Source: a virus
Lineage: Duplodnaviria > Caudoviricetes
DNA length: 53,265 nucleotides
Virus record (IMG/VR): IMGVR_UViG_3300050505_000145
Coordinates: 1-53,265 of that record
Direction: 5' to 3' (one strand)
The first letter of the stretch is position 1. Each line of letters starts with the position of its first letter. Below are positions 7,278-17,431 of the stretch, one piece after another. The notes beneath the pieces were generated by a model. That model did not search any database, was not told where the DNA came from, and was given only the letters and a program-made list of their open reading frames with translations. Made by a program: the position numbers and the translations under genes.

Positions 7278-7323
7278 CGCAGCACCAGCCATCCTTGCTA
7301 CCGTAAGAACGACTGATGCTGCG
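7278..7323 (-). promoter_or_regulatory. 19-bp RNA hairpin with four G-U pairs
   Basis: CGCAGCAUCAGUCGUUCUU / AAGGAUGGCUGGUGCUGCG pairs fully only on the minus strand. Confidence 0.6.
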
Positions 7324-7360
7324 CCCGACGTGACTGAGTGCGAGTCTGGCCACGGCGAGA

Positions 7361-8224
7361 CTAGAGCTGCTTTCCTGCGACGAATGCCGCGAGAGCAGCC
7401 AACCCATATTTCACGATCGGTGAATTCCAGAATTCATCCCACTTGGATTTCACCGCAGCACGAAAGTCAGCAAGATGCTGGTCCACAGCCTGAACTTGCT
7501 GTTGTAACTGATCAAATCTCGCATTGATGGCAGCTTGCGAGATCTGCATATATGCGAGAATCTGAGTCAAATCTGTTGACGGAAGAGGTGGTGGCGGTGG
7601 AGGTGGTGTTGGTGTCGGAATTGGTGTTGGAATCGGAGTCGGGATCGGAGTCGGGACTGGTGTTGGTGTATCGAAGTTGAATGCCACTGGTGTTGCTGCT
7701 GGCCACGTTACCACTACCACATTGCTCCGTTCTTGAACCAACGAAACGTCTTTCTTCCGAGCATCGCCAGCAACCACAAAGAACGCAATTTGCTCACCAG
7801 CTTGTGGTTGACGAGCCATGATTCCGCAATCGTAGGTCCAGTTCGCTGGAATCTGAAACATCTGACGTTCTGGAATCCACTTCAACACGTCATCACCAGC
7901 CGCTTCGAGTGAATACCAATACTCGATTGGACAGGAGACTCGCCATCTGCTCTGAATATTCATCCCGATGCAGAGTGTGTATTGAAGCGCACCATCCCAT
8001 CCCGGAGGAGTTACGTCTGGCCAACGACCAGGACCATCTTTCTTGTCGAAGTCGATGTGAACTCCATCTTTCCCAAGCGTCAAGCTATGGATGAGAGTGG
8101 TGATCGGACGAGAAATCACGTTGGACGGATAACTCGAACAGACATCTGCTCCAGACAGATCTGCACGATCCTGGGCTTCGAGTGGAACGGCAAAGAGAAG
8201 GAAGACAACGATGGTGACTTTCAT
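7361..8224 (-). CDS. exported protein: signal peptide, globular domain, Pro/Thr linker, coiled coil, C-terminal TM
   Basis: MKVTIVVFLLFAVPLEAQ; TPTPVPTPIPTP...PPPPPPP; YGLAALAAFVAG. Confidence 0.75.
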   Translation of the reverse strand: MKVTIVVFLLFAVPLEAQDRADLSGADVCSSYPSNVISRPITTLIHSLTLGKDGVHIDFDKKDGPGRWPDVTPPGWDGALQYTLCIGMNIQSRWRVSCPIEYWYSLEAAGDDVLKWIPERQMFQIPANWTYDCGIMARQPQAGEQIAFFVVAGDARKKDVSLVQERSNVVVVTWPAATPVAFNFDTPTPVPTPIPTPIPTPIPTPTPPPPPPPLPSTDLTQILAYMQISQAAINARFDQLQQQVQAVDQHLADFRAAVKSKWDEFWNSPIVKYGLAALAAFVAGKQL

Positions 8225-8232
8225 GGTAACTC

Positions 8233-11200
8233 CTAATCCGATACCGCGTAGATCCTCCGAACGCTGAGTTTACGGATCGGTCCATTGCTCTTCTTCTGAA
8301 GCACACCAACGAGACACTGGAATCGTCCTGGACTGTTATCGGTGGCTGATCGTGCTGTTGGGAAGTTGAAGGGATTCTGTGATCCTGCTGCTGATGCAGT
8401 GCTAACACGATTCAACACTACTGTGGTGCCATTGACGGTGAATTCTATGCGTCCTGAAAGATATCCATCAACACCAGATGGAATGACGGAGCGAATTCGC
8501 ATCACATAACGTGTAGATGGAGCAATCGGTGTGAGATAAACTGATGATTCATTCTGTGGTGAACCATCAGGTTGTACCACACCAACCCATCCGGGATCAA
8601 TGTTGCCGACGAACGACGCATAGCGAATCGAGACGAGTGATAAGTTCAACGCAGGAATCGCAGTAGGAATAGACCCGAGTTGGTGCAATCCGCAACTGAT
8701 ATGAATGTCAGACAACGACTTCGGTGTAAAGATCTCGAACCAGACATCAAAGTTGTTTTCGAGTAAGTCGTATGGTCCACCACCCATCAACAACTTCGCT
8801 TCGTTGTTGAGTGTGTTATTCGTCGTTAGGACAGCCCAGGTGCCATTGGAAGTCTGTCCGCGATGGTCTCTCCATGGAGGGATTTCATCGTCGTCAAATA
8901 ACCCACTCGTGAGTGTCGGTGAACATCCAGCGCCAACCGCCACAGGTGTATTCGTCGTTGGTGCAATGAAACACCACTGTTCGCGACGCTTCGGGAAATC
9001 CGTGCTGCTGCCAAATCCAGATTGCGAGATCGCTGCATCAACCAATCCAACCATACTGGTCGGACCAGTGGCGCGAGAATCTTTCGAGTCTGACAGATCA
9101 AGAAGAAGATCGTTCAGATCGTAGCGTGCTGCGGAATCTGCACGGATGATATAACGTGGAGATAGAGTATCACTCTCATCGTGGAACTGATTGATGTCTA
9201 CAGATTGAATGATGAAATCACCTTTGCACGGTGGATTCGACAAATCAACGTGCACGATCTTTCCAGATCGTGGCTTTGGATCCCGAGTCGCATAAGTGAT
9301 TTGAACAACAGGATTCGAGAAGAGCTGAAGTTCAGTCAGTCCTCGAGAGATCATCTGCTCGGTAGTCGCAAGATCGTTATCATCGATGGTGTATTCGTGA
9401 ACACCATCAGTTGGCTTTCCCTGACGGTCGAGTTCGACACGACCAACACGACGTTGTGAATCTTTGTCGTCTAATTGGACATAGGGACGAATCGGCGTTC
9501 CGCCACCATATTTCCAATCACCTTGCAGAATCGGATCAACCAGTGGGCGTGCGAGAATAAGATTGGCTTTGCCGACAGTCGCGTCGACAGTGTAATAGTC
9601 CAGTACACGAGAACCAATGATGAATTGTCCAGGTCCCGATGTATTAAACATCGAGACATCACCAACATACACTTTCTGATCCCCGACTGCCGCATCTTTC
9701 GTGACGATCGTGCCTTTCCCTTTTACGATGATTCGATTACGAAGCTGACTCACACTGATCGTCGGAACGAATGGAGGATCTTTCAAGAGATCTGTATTCG
9801 TATCGTTGATATCGTCTGGCTTGAGTTCATCTTCGAGCCATGGACCGTCAACGTGATTTTGTGGAGTATCTGCAACACCAGTCAGCAGTGGTGTACCAAC
9901 TGGAAGATCTCCTGTCCCACCGGTGAGACCTGCGCCAATCTGAATGTTGATGGGACCAGTGCTCGTGTTGTCGATGATGATCCAAACGAGATTCGTGTGA
10001 CCTGGTAAGAAGTCAGGATTGCCAGGAAGTGGAGGATTCGCAGGAATCACCTGCGATGCGTAGATCTTCCGATACACACATGGTACACCATTAATACTCG
10101 GAAAAGTTGGCAACTGGTCGATCGTCGATTGATGCAATCCATCGAGTAGAACCGCAGCAGATGCTGGACTTGGATAAGACTCGGTGTTGTCCTGATAAAC
10201 ACCAGAGATCTTCACAGCCCAATATCCGGGATTCGGTCCCAGTGGGACAGCATTCGTCGAATCAATCAGCGTTGAACTCTGTGTAAACTGCGGAGCAGTC
10301 AGCGGTCCGAATGGTGGATTCACGTTCGCGACAACTGGCGCATCGAAGGTGTGCGATAACGCCAACACAATCGGACCAGTCGTTGTGTTGTCGTTGATAA
10401 GATTAAAACCAGACCATCCCTTACCACCAACATGTGAATCACTGTAGCGATAGTAATAGATGCGCCGAGCTTTCGCAACATAGCCAGTGAGTGCTGGCGC
10501 AAGCGGGATGTTCGTGAACGATGGTCGTTTTGTCGTGAGATAAATGGCGTTAGAGATTGGGCTAAATGCCGACTGGATGAATTGGCCCGTCGTCATGTTC
10601 TCGAGATATGACGCCAGATCTGCCGTTGCGTAGAAGACATCACCTGCGACAAGATGACCAAACAATTCGTACTGAGAAATCTGAACACCATTGGAATGGT
10701 AACCGACCCACCCTCGATTGGTGCCGGCGATCGCTGGGATTGAACTTCGAGTACCACTCAATGAATCAAATCTCGTTGGATTCAATGTATAGGGCATTAT
10801 GAAGTTCTGACCAGCTGCTAGATTATTCGCGATCCGATGCCATGTTGCGCCAGCATCTCGTGATGCGTAGAGATTGACTCCAGACGCACCATTCAATTGA
10901 CTTGGGCAAATAACAGCAGCTCCGATTAATCCAACTCCCGGAAGTTGAGCAGAACTCGTGAATACCCAACTCCCAAACACAGATCCGAAATCGGTCTCAC
11001 CTCCATTGAGGAATGTGCCTGTCGCTTTGAAAGAAACAGTGTCGCCGTTTTGCCATCCAGGAATCGCTTGACCCCAACCTTGCAAGGCTTCAGAAAGTGA
11101 TCGAACAGATCCACCAGTTGGCGGTCCTGTATCAGGAGTGCTAGTAACAGGATACGATGCCGGACCAATAGCAATCTGTCCGGTCAATGCTGCCTCTGCA

Positions 11201-12543
11201 GCTTGATCAGACAATTGAACCATTCCTGTTCCTGGCGCAACAGGACTGAATGATCCCGGCGGAGTCGTGAATGTGATCGCCTTGCCGTAGTAGCTGGCCG
11301 ATGCGAAGACATACCAACCAGGAACGAATCCTTCGCTGGAATCAACTGCTGTGGAACTTTCGGACACCACCATTGGCGTCCCAGGTCCGACTTGTAATGG
11401 AGAAGAAATCAGAACAGGAGTCGCATTCGTTGGCATTCCAGGCAACAATGGCGATGTTTTCTTCTTCATGTGGAAGAAGTGCATATCGCGATCGTAGTCT
11501 AGATACCAATGACCTTCTCCAAGTTGCTGCGCAAGATACGACAAGCATGTTGTGAAATCACTACCACCATCAAAAACAACAGACACTCGTGCAAGATTTG
11601 TTTGGACGTGATTCGTGGAAACCCACGGATGATAACGAGTGCACAAATCAATCACGACATCACTAATCGACGCATTCACATACGTTCCGAATGGACGTCG
11701 ATTGTTCAAGCGCCATGTGTAGTCAATACATGATACTCGCCAGACGACATTCTTTGTATCGTCTTCGTATTCCTGTGTAACATCCTGAACAGTGCCAGCA
11801 AAGACTGTATATCCACGATCAACAAACGATACTTCTTGTAGAACTTCTGGTGGGAGGGCACCACCATCTACTGAGAAGTGACAGGTATTTGGAGCATTGT
11901 TGAGACGATCTTGAATTGAGATTGATGGAACGCGACGAATATTCTGTAGACGGATCTGTTCAGTATATCGGAATCCACTATCGAGTGTTGCGCTTAATCC
12001 GTCAGGAGCTGTGATGACAACATCGACGGATCCGATGGCATGAGGAGGAATCTGCAATGCATAATGCTGACTATCAACAAACACGAGATTCGTTGCAGCG
12101 ACACCACCAAATGTGATCGTGCTGCCTGTGACAAAGTTCTGACCAGTAATAACAGCTTGACGACCACCACCAAGATCTGACCAGTCTGGATCAATATAGA
12201 GAATAGCTGGCGAATAATATGTGAACGCATTATCAAGAGTGAAGCTGTTGCCGTCGAGATTCTGAACAGTAACACTGACGAGTCCTTCATCGTGTGGTGG
12301 AGTAACCGCTGTGATCTGATTTGAATTGACAACGACAACACTTTGCGCATTGTTGCCGCCAATAAGAACAACAGCACCAGCAGCAAATCCACTACCGTTG
12401 ATCGTGATCGCAGTCCCACCAACCGGTCGGCCAGCATTTGGTGTGAGATAGGTTATCGATGGGAGACCACTAGCAGACCACGGAACATAAGTCTGGCCAA
12501 GGAAACCCGGTCCTCGGCCAGGCTTTCTGAAGATTCGACCCAC
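8233..12543 (-). CDS. large tail tip / host-specificity protein with two IPT/TIG domains and Fn3-like inserts
   Basis: 1436 aa downstream of tape measure; PSITYLTPNAG...GGTAITINGSGF and GGGRQAVITGQNF IPT repeats. Confidence 0.8.
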   Translation of the reverse strand: MGRIFRKPGRGPGFLGQTYVPWSASGLPSITYLTPNAGRPVGGTAITINGSGFAAGAVVLIGGNNAQSVVVVNSNQITAVTPPHDEGLVSVTVQNLDGNSFTLDNAFTYYSPAILYIDPDWSDLGGGRQAVITGQNFVTGSTITFGGVAATNLVFVDSQHYALQIPPHAIGSVDVVITAPDGLSATLDSGFRYTEQIRLQNIRRVPSISIQDRLNNAPNTCHFSVDGGALPPEVLQEVSFVDRGYTVFAGTVQDVTQEYEDDTKNVVWRVSCIDYTWRLNNRRPFGTYVNASISDVVIDLCTRYHPWVSTNHVQTNLARVSVVFDGGSDFTTCLSYLAQQLGEGHWYLDYDRDMHFFHMKKKTSPLLPGMPTNATPVLISSPLQVGPGTPMVVSESSTAVDSSEGFVPGWYVFASASYYGKAITFTTPPGSFSPVAPGTGMVQLSDQAAEAALTGQIAIGPASYPVTSTPDTGPPTGGSVRSLSEALQGWGQAIPGWQNGDTVSFKATGTFLNGGETDFGSVFGSWVFTSSAQLPGVGLIGAAVICPSQLNGASGVNLYASRDAGATWHRIANNLAAGQNFIMPYTLNPTRFDSLSGTRSSIPAIAGTNRGWVGYHSNGVQISQYELFGHLVAGDVFYATADLASYLENMTTGQFIQSAFSPISNAIYLTTKRPSFTNIPLAPALTGYVAKARRIYYYRYSDSHVGGKGWSGFNLINDNTTTGPIVLALSHTFDAPVVANVNPPFGPLTAPQFTQSSTLIDSTNAVPLGPNPGYWAVKISGVYQDNTESYPSPASAAVLLDGLHQSTIDQLPTFPSINGVPCVYRKIYASQVIPANPPLPGNPDFLPGHTNLVWIIIDNTSTGPINIQIGAGLTGGTGDLPVGTPLLTGVADTPQNHVDGPWLEDELKPDDINDTNTDLLKDPPFVPTISVSQLRNRIIVKGKGTIVTKDAAVGDQKVYVGDVSMFNTSGPGQFIIGSRVLDYYTVDATVGKANLILARPLVDPILQGDWKYGGGTPIRPYVQLDDKDSQRRVGRVELDRQGKPTDGVHEYTIDDNDLATTEQMISRGLTELQLFSNPVVQITYATRDPKPRSGKIVHVDLSNPPCKGDFIIQSVDINQFHDESDTLSPRYIIRADSAARYDLNDLLLDLSDSKDSRATGPTSMVGLVDAAISQSGFGSSTDFPKRREQWCFIAPTTNTPVAVGAGCSPTLTSGLFDDDEIPPWRDHRGQTSNGTWAVLTTNNTLNNEAKLLMGGGPYDLLENNFDVWFEIFTPKSLSDIHISCGLHQLGSIPTAIPALNLSLVSIRYASFVGNIDPGWVGVVQPDGSPQNESSVYLTPIAPSTRYVMRIRSVIPSGVDGYLSGRIEFTVNGTTVVLNRVSTASAAGSQNPFNFPTARSATDNSPGRFQCLVGVLQKKSNGPIRKLSVRRIYAVSD

Positions 12544-12546
12544 GGA

Positions 12547-13104
12547 TTAATTGTCCATCGAAACAGACAACTGATGCAGCGTCACACTGCCTGTTGTCAA
12601 TGTTTGCGTGAAGAACAGATCGAAGGCCTCTTGGATCGTCGCGTCAAAGTTGCCGCCAACTGCCGGCGCAGAGTTCCACGGCAACATCGCCGTAATCGCA
12701 CCATGCGGAACCGCTGCAGCAACACCGGAAACGTTCGGAGACGTCCACTTCCCCTGCCCGAAGAAATTTGCCGCGTTCCCGGCGGTGCGTAGGGTCAGCA
12801 GAATCTCAAGTTCCCAACTCTGATTCGTGTATGCGTTCGCTCCGTCGAGCGCAATCGCAAGACTGTCAAACACCACTGTGCCGCCGAGACGAACATCGAA
12901 TCGAGCAGTTCCCGGAGATGTCACGACTGTGCTGATCCGACCCCACGCTTTGATGCAGAGTTGCTGACCGATTGTGTCGAAGAATCCTGGCTGAAAGGCA
13001 AACTTCGACTGCGTCGGCAACAACGACGTCGCCGCTGCTGCTGTAATTGCCGCTCCATCGACTGGAGCGATCTTGATAACTTCACGCCATGATTGATGCG
13101 ACAT
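12547..13104 (-). CDS. minor tail protein (hypothetical)
   Basis: Between tape measure and tail tip; AGGAG SD. Confidence 0.7.
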   Translation of the reverse strand: MSHQSWREVIKIAPVDGAAITAAAATSLLPTQSKFAFQPGFFDTIGQQLCIKAWGRISTVVTSPGTARFDVRLGGTVVFDSLAIALDGANAYTNQSWELEILLTLRTAGNAANFFGQGKWTSPNVSGVAAAVPHGAITAMLPWNSAPAVGGNFDATIQEAFDLFFTQTLTTGSVTLHQLSVSMDN

Positions 13105-13113
13105 TGGTAGCTC

Positions 13114-15573
13114 CTAAGCTGCTGGGAACAGACGTTGAGATTTCAATTGACGCATGATAATATCACTGATCTTTCGAGCGCTGTCTTCTGCTGTTCCATT
13201 CACATAGATATGATTCGTTATCGCAACACTGTTCGAAGCAGCAGATGGTGGTGACGTTCCGTGTGGATAGACAGCACTCCCGATTGGCATTCGAACAACT
13301 TCAGGACCACCTTCGCCAACCATGACGTCAACAACACCACCAGATTGGAATCCGGGGATCTTGGGACCTTGTGGTGGCGGAAGAGGACCACTCGAACCGG
13401 ATTTCATGTTCGCGAAAATCGCAAGAATCTCTTGGAACGAATATCCTTGCTGGGCCAACCGATAGGCCATGTTCATGTCGATATTCGATCCCTGACCAGA
13501 AGGATTCCATCCGCCGGACGTTATGACATTCTGCAGTGCTTGTTGGAAGTTCTGTGACGTGACGTTGAATGAACCACCGAGTGCTCGAGTCTTCGCGATT
13601 TGCGCGTCCAAGTCTTTATCGAGTTTGTCGAGATAAGTCAGATAGTTCTGCGCACCGTCAGCTGCTGCCTTATGCGCAATGACCGACTCGTGTCCATAGT
13701 TTCGGATAGCATCTTGCAGATCCATGATCTTCTGCTTTTGCGCATCCCAAACATCTCGTGAGAAGGTGAGACTGCTGCCAAACATCTTGTCCCACACATC
13801 TTGCGCATCTTTCAATTGACCTTCGAGCACTTCACGAGATTTCTCTCGAACTGATGACCAGTCCTTGTTCAGTGCTTCAGTCTTTTCGGCAGCAATTGAG
13901 TTGATGAGATTGTATTGCTTGGTCCACTCATCACCAACTGCTTTGATGTTGTCAATTGCGGTTTCGCGCCACAGCTCGATCTTATTCTTCTGATGTTGTA
14001 ACGATGTTGTCGAGTTCTGATCAAGCAGATCGTAATACTCATCCCACAGTTTTGTGGATTCAACAACGACCTGATCCTGATATTTCAATTCCTCGGCAAC
14101 TGCCTTGACTTGATGCTGCGTTGCACCAAGATAGATTGCGATCTTGTCTTGTGCAACACCTGCCTTAACAAGCAACTCTATGTTTTCAAGAAGTGACTGA
14201 TCCATCTGGTCGATTGTTTCACGCCAACCAGCACCAGCACTCTCGACTTCTTTCTGAGCTTCGGTGTATTTCTTTGTTTCCTTGTCGAGTTCCTTGAATC
14301 CTTCCTTGAGTTGATTGACTTGCTGAGATGTGAGACCAAGTGCTTTGGCGATATTGTCAGTGCTGACACCAGCATCAACCATGTCTTTCGCGAGACCCTT
14401 GGTTGCGTCATCGATGCCTGATATGTCAACACCTTCAAATGCTTTGTTTACAGCATCCCAGGCATCAGCATATCGAACAGCTTCAGCTTCTGCTGATCTC
14501 AGTTCCGCAGCAAGATCGTGGACTTCATCGACTGTCAAACCTGTTTGCTCAGCAACAACTTTCTGATTGAAGCCAAGTTTTAACATGCTTGTTGCGACGA
14601 TTTCAGCTTGCTCGCCAAGATCCTTGCTCTCTTCCGATGCATCTTTCCACAACTTGTTGACTGTATCCTGAACAGCAGCAAGTCGTTCTTCTTCGTTTGC
14701 TGTTTCGCCGAAAAGTCCTTTAAGTGCTACCCATCCACCAGATATGAGACCACCAAGATCCGCGATATGTTCGAACGCGAGAACAGTTCGAGAAGCCACT
14801 TCGATGAGAGCTGTCATTGCTGGTAACAACGAAACACCAATCGTTGTCACCATAGTTTGGAATTCCACTCCAAGAGTTTTGGTTGACTCCTGGAATTCCT
14901 CACTTGCTTTCACGTCTTCGTCGGTCCACACATAGGCAACTTCTTTGGCCTTCTCTTGCAGATCATCGAAGTTCTTCAGAAGGAATGGCATATTCTCGCG
15001 AGCGCCACGACCCATGACTGCGATTGCATCAGACATGAGGGTGGTGCTGCCAGCGGAATTGTGCATCGCTTCCGAGAGCAACTTGATTCGTTCGGTAGGA
15101 TCTGAATCACGGAACGCATCAGCACTGACACCGAGATGGCCAAGTGCCGCATCAAACTTTTCAGCTGCTGGTCCAGTCGCGTCCATACGACGCTGCATCT
15201 GGAACAACATGTTCTGGAGACTGTCAAGACTACTTCCACCAATTTGCGCAGTCGCAGCAAGCTGTCCAACACTGTCGACTGCAGCACCAGTCAGACGAGA
15301 GAAGTTGAGAACATTCTCACCAGCTTCCGATGCCTTCTCTGCGAACTCGAAGCACGCAACAGCAGCACCAGTGAGAGCCGCGCCGACACCAAGAACACCA
15401 GTGCCGAATTCAGCAAACTTCTCACCCATCCCGCCGACAACTTCAGATACCTCGCCAAATCCCGGGATGACACGATCGACGAAGTTCTTGACTCCGTCAA
15501 ACGCTTTACTGAGAACAGCTGTCCAGTCGTCGATCAGTTCGAGTCGACCAGATGCGTTTCCAACTTCTGCCAT
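13114..15573 (-). CDS. tape measure protein
   Basis: 819 aa, helical Ala/Glu-rich; follows G/GT chaperones; C-terminal FQSGG...VGEGGPEVV motif. Confidence 0.9.
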   Translation of the reverse strand: MAEVGNASGRLELIDDWTAVLSKAFDGVKNFVDRVIPGFGEVSEVVGGMGEKFAEFGTGVLGVGAALTGAAVACFEFAEKASEAGENVLNFSRLTGAAVDSVGQLAATAQIGGSSLDSLQNMLFQMQRRMDATGPAAEKFDAALGHLGVSADAFRDSDPTERIKLLSEAMHNSAGSTTLMSDAIAVMGRGARENMPFLLKNFDDLQEKAKEVAYVWTDEDVKASEEFQESTKTLGVEFQTMVTTIGVSLLPAMTALIEVASRTVLAFEHIADLGGLISGGWVALKGLFGETANEEERLAAVQDTVNKLWKDASEESKDLGEQAEIVATSMLKLGFNQKVVAEQTGLTVDEVHDLAAELRSAEAEAVRYADAWDAVNKAFEGVDISGIDDATKGLAKDMVDAGVSTDNIAKALGLTSQQVNQLKEGFKELDKETKKYTEAQKEVESAGAGWRETIDQMDQSLLENIELLVKAGVAQDKIAIYLGATQHQVKAVAEELKYQDQVVVESTKLWDEYYDLLDQNSTTSLQHQKNKIELWRETAIDNIKAVGDEWTKQYNLINSIAAEKTEALNKDWSSVREKSREVLEGQLKDAQDVWDKMFGSSLTFSRDVWDAQKQKIMDLQDAIRNYGHESVIAHKAAADGAQNYLTYLDKLDKDLDAQIAKTRALGGSFNVTSQNFQQALQNVITSGGWNPSGQGSNIDMNMAYRLAQQGYSFQEILAIFANMKSGSSGPLPPPQGPKIPGFQSGGVVDVMVGEGGPEVVRMPIGSAVYPHGTSPPSAASNSVAITNHIYVNGTAEDSARKISDIIMRQLKSQRLFPAA

Positions 15574-15870
15574 CTAGGATGCCTTCTTCTTGGAAAGCAA
15601 CGCATTACTGACGTAGATCCACGAATCAATCATGCGTTCCTGATACTCAACAGACTGCTTCATTTCTGGTGCCGGTCGGTTGAGAGGATCGTCACCAAAG
15701 TGAAGCAAGAAGTCTTCAACTCGCCAGCGATTATTTCCTTTCGTCGCGATGTGGTACAACGCCTCGACAATCTGCGCAGAGTGATAACTCGCACGAGTGT
15801 CAGAGTCGGGATTAAGTTCACGATATACTCGCCACTCGAGGAACTGTTTCCACGAGAGTTCCTCGAGCAT
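15574..15870 (-). CDS. tail assembly chaperone, C-terminal (GT) frame
   Basis: -1 frame is open from the slippery site (KKSLGRGSLRREAYDLAHFLGRVDVDRMLEELSW...). Confidence 0.8.
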   Translation of the reverse strand: MLEELSWKQFLEWRVYRELNPDSDTRASYHSAQIVEALYHIATKGNNRWRVEDFLLHFGDDPLNRPAPEMKQSVEYQERMIDSWIYVSNALLSKKKAS

Positions 15871-15881
15871 CCGATCTACAT

Positions 15882-16316
15882 CTACGCGACCGAGGAAATG
15901 GGCGAGGTCGTAGGCCTCGCGGCGGAGGCTGCCTCGCCCAAGCGATTTTTTAGTTGCTGTAATTGCTCCGGCAACATGCCGTTGAGTCGCATCGCGACTC
16001 GTTGCAGACGATCGAGCGGTTCCATGCTCTTGGTCCGAAGCTCAGCAATCGCTTGCTCGAATTCCTCGTCGTTGGTGAACGGGAACAAGCGATTGCCTTG
16101 GTCATCGTGAGCACAGAAAACAAACATCACGAACATTCCATCGCTCTTCGGTCGATTCGACATGATGTTCGTAAGCTTGATAATGTCGCCAGCCTGGAGA
16201 CGATGGAGGCGAACCATCCCAGATTCGCCGTTCGAGTCTGGCCACTCGGGAACTATCTCGTCCTGGTAAGGCAGATCCCTCGCACCGATGATGTCTTGCC
16301 GAGTGAGAAAGCCCAT
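15882..16316 (-). CDS. tail assembly chaperone (G frame)
   Basis: LTRQDI...VPEW motif; between tail tube and tape measure. Confidence 0.85.
   Translation of the reverse strand: MGFLTRQDIIGARDLPYQDEIVPEWPDSNGESGMVRLHRLQAGDIIKLTNIMSNRPKSDGMFVMFVFCAHDDQGNRLFPFTNDEEFEQAIAELRTKSMEPLDRLQRVAMRLNGMLPEQLQQLKNRLGEAASAARPTTSPISSVA
15945..15951 (-). other. programmed -1 frameshift slippery site A-AAA-AAT
   Basis: X XXY YYZ heptamer in the G frame; downstream ORF is in the -1 frame. Confidence 0.8.
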
Positions 16317-16325
16317 CGTTTCCTC

Positions 16326-16832
16326 CTAGGAACTGGCGCCGATGATCGCGATGTCGAAGTCGACTCCACTTCCCGACGAACTGTTCGCAAGATGGAGGAT
16401 GTCGCCGGTGCCGGCGGTGACTGGCCACCCAGTGGCGTCTGGTGCGATCATCGCCAGAATTCCTCCTGGCTTGACCGCGACTGTGTGAGCAGCCGCACCG
16501 AATGGCCCGACGAACTGGTTTGATGCCGCATTGCCGACAACGACGTTGTTCACGTTGGCGGCAGCGGCAATGATGATGATCGCCTTCACGCGAACCATCG
16601 TGATGACCGCTCCGAAGATGTCGGTCAACGAGCCAGCGAGATCAAGATCCTGCGTTCCGCTGGCAGCGATCGTGAAATGGTTGCTGTAGAGACGATCGGC
16701 CTGATTCAGACCAGAACCGTTGGCGAACGCAACGTCCGTCCGACGATCGATCTTGCCAGAACTGTCGGCTAAGCCGACCGTATTGGTCAGAACCAGGTTC
16801 ATGACGAGCGAAAGTTTTCCGGTCAGTATCAT
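16326..16832 (-). CDS. virion structural protein (tail-associated)
   Basis: AGGAG SD; Ala/Gly/Thr-rich beta protein next to tail tube. Confidence 0.7.
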   Translation of the reverse strand: MILTGKLSLVMNLVLTNTVGLADSSGKIDRRTDVAFANGSGLNQADRLYSNHFTIAASGTQDLDLAGSLTDIFGAVITMVRVKAIIIIAAAANVNNVVVGNAASNQFVGPFGAAAHTVAVKPGGILAMIAPDATGWPVTAGTGDILHLANSSSGSGVDFDIAIIGASS

Positions 16833-16856
16833 GTTGACTCGCTCCTTTGTTCAGAC

Positions 16857-17270
16857 TTACGCCTCGACAACGACGCTGGCCCAGGTCAGAGCGAGACTTG
16901 CACCCTGCTTCGCATCGACCGGAGCAGGATCGAACTTGAACATCTGGACGTATGCGTCTCCGGTTCGAGTCTTGCCGGACGGAAAGAGAATGCGCCACGC
17001 GTTCTTCACGTTGTTGGTGATGTCGGCGAGGATGTTGATGTGAGTCGCGTCGCTCGCGACGTAGTTGATCTTCAGCGTCGGATCGGCCTGACGAAGAAGA
17101 CCGAGCACGTGGGATTCCGATCCGTCGTTGTGGGTTGACGTTTCGATCTTGTTTCGGCTCATCCCACCAGGATCGACTTCGGTGATCTCACCGATCGTCA
17201 CCCACGCCGTCGTTCCAGCACCAGCCGAACGCTGAACGACGATTCCAGTTGCTGTGACGGCATTGCTCAT
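16857..17270 (-). CDS. major tail tube protein
   Basis: WVTIGEITEV.PGGMSR..IETSTH...GL pattern of lambda V-like tube proteins; GGAGG SD. Confidence 0.8.
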   Translation of the reverse strand: MSNAVTATGIVVQRSAGAGTTAWVTIGEITEVDPGGMSRNKIETSTHNDGSESHVLGLLRQADPTLKINYVASDATHINILADITNNVKNAWRILFPSGKTRTGDAYVQMFKFDPAPVDAKQGASLALTWASVVVEA

Positions 17271-17431
17271 TGATCTCCTCCCTTAGACGAATTGACTGGT
17301 GGCATCGGATTGATACCATTCGCTCTTAGCAAATCCTGGAGACGTTCGAGTTCGGCTGACATCTTGGCGATCTGCAACGTCAGTTCGCCAATCATCAGCT
17401 TCGCGAAATAGTCGGTGTCCTTCTTCAACAT
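17267..17431 (-). CDS. 54-aa coiled-coil protein (MLKKDTDYFAKLMIGELTLQIAK...)
   Basis: Not in ORF track; TAATG and ATGA overlaps with both neighbours. Confidence 0.65.
   Translation of the reverse strand: MLKKDTDYFAKLMIGELTLQIAKMSAELERLQDLLRANGINPMPPVNSSKGGDQ

Noticed and set aside
7585-7670. Tandem ggtgtt/ggagtc repeats
   Set aside because: Encode the Pro/Thr linker of the exported protein
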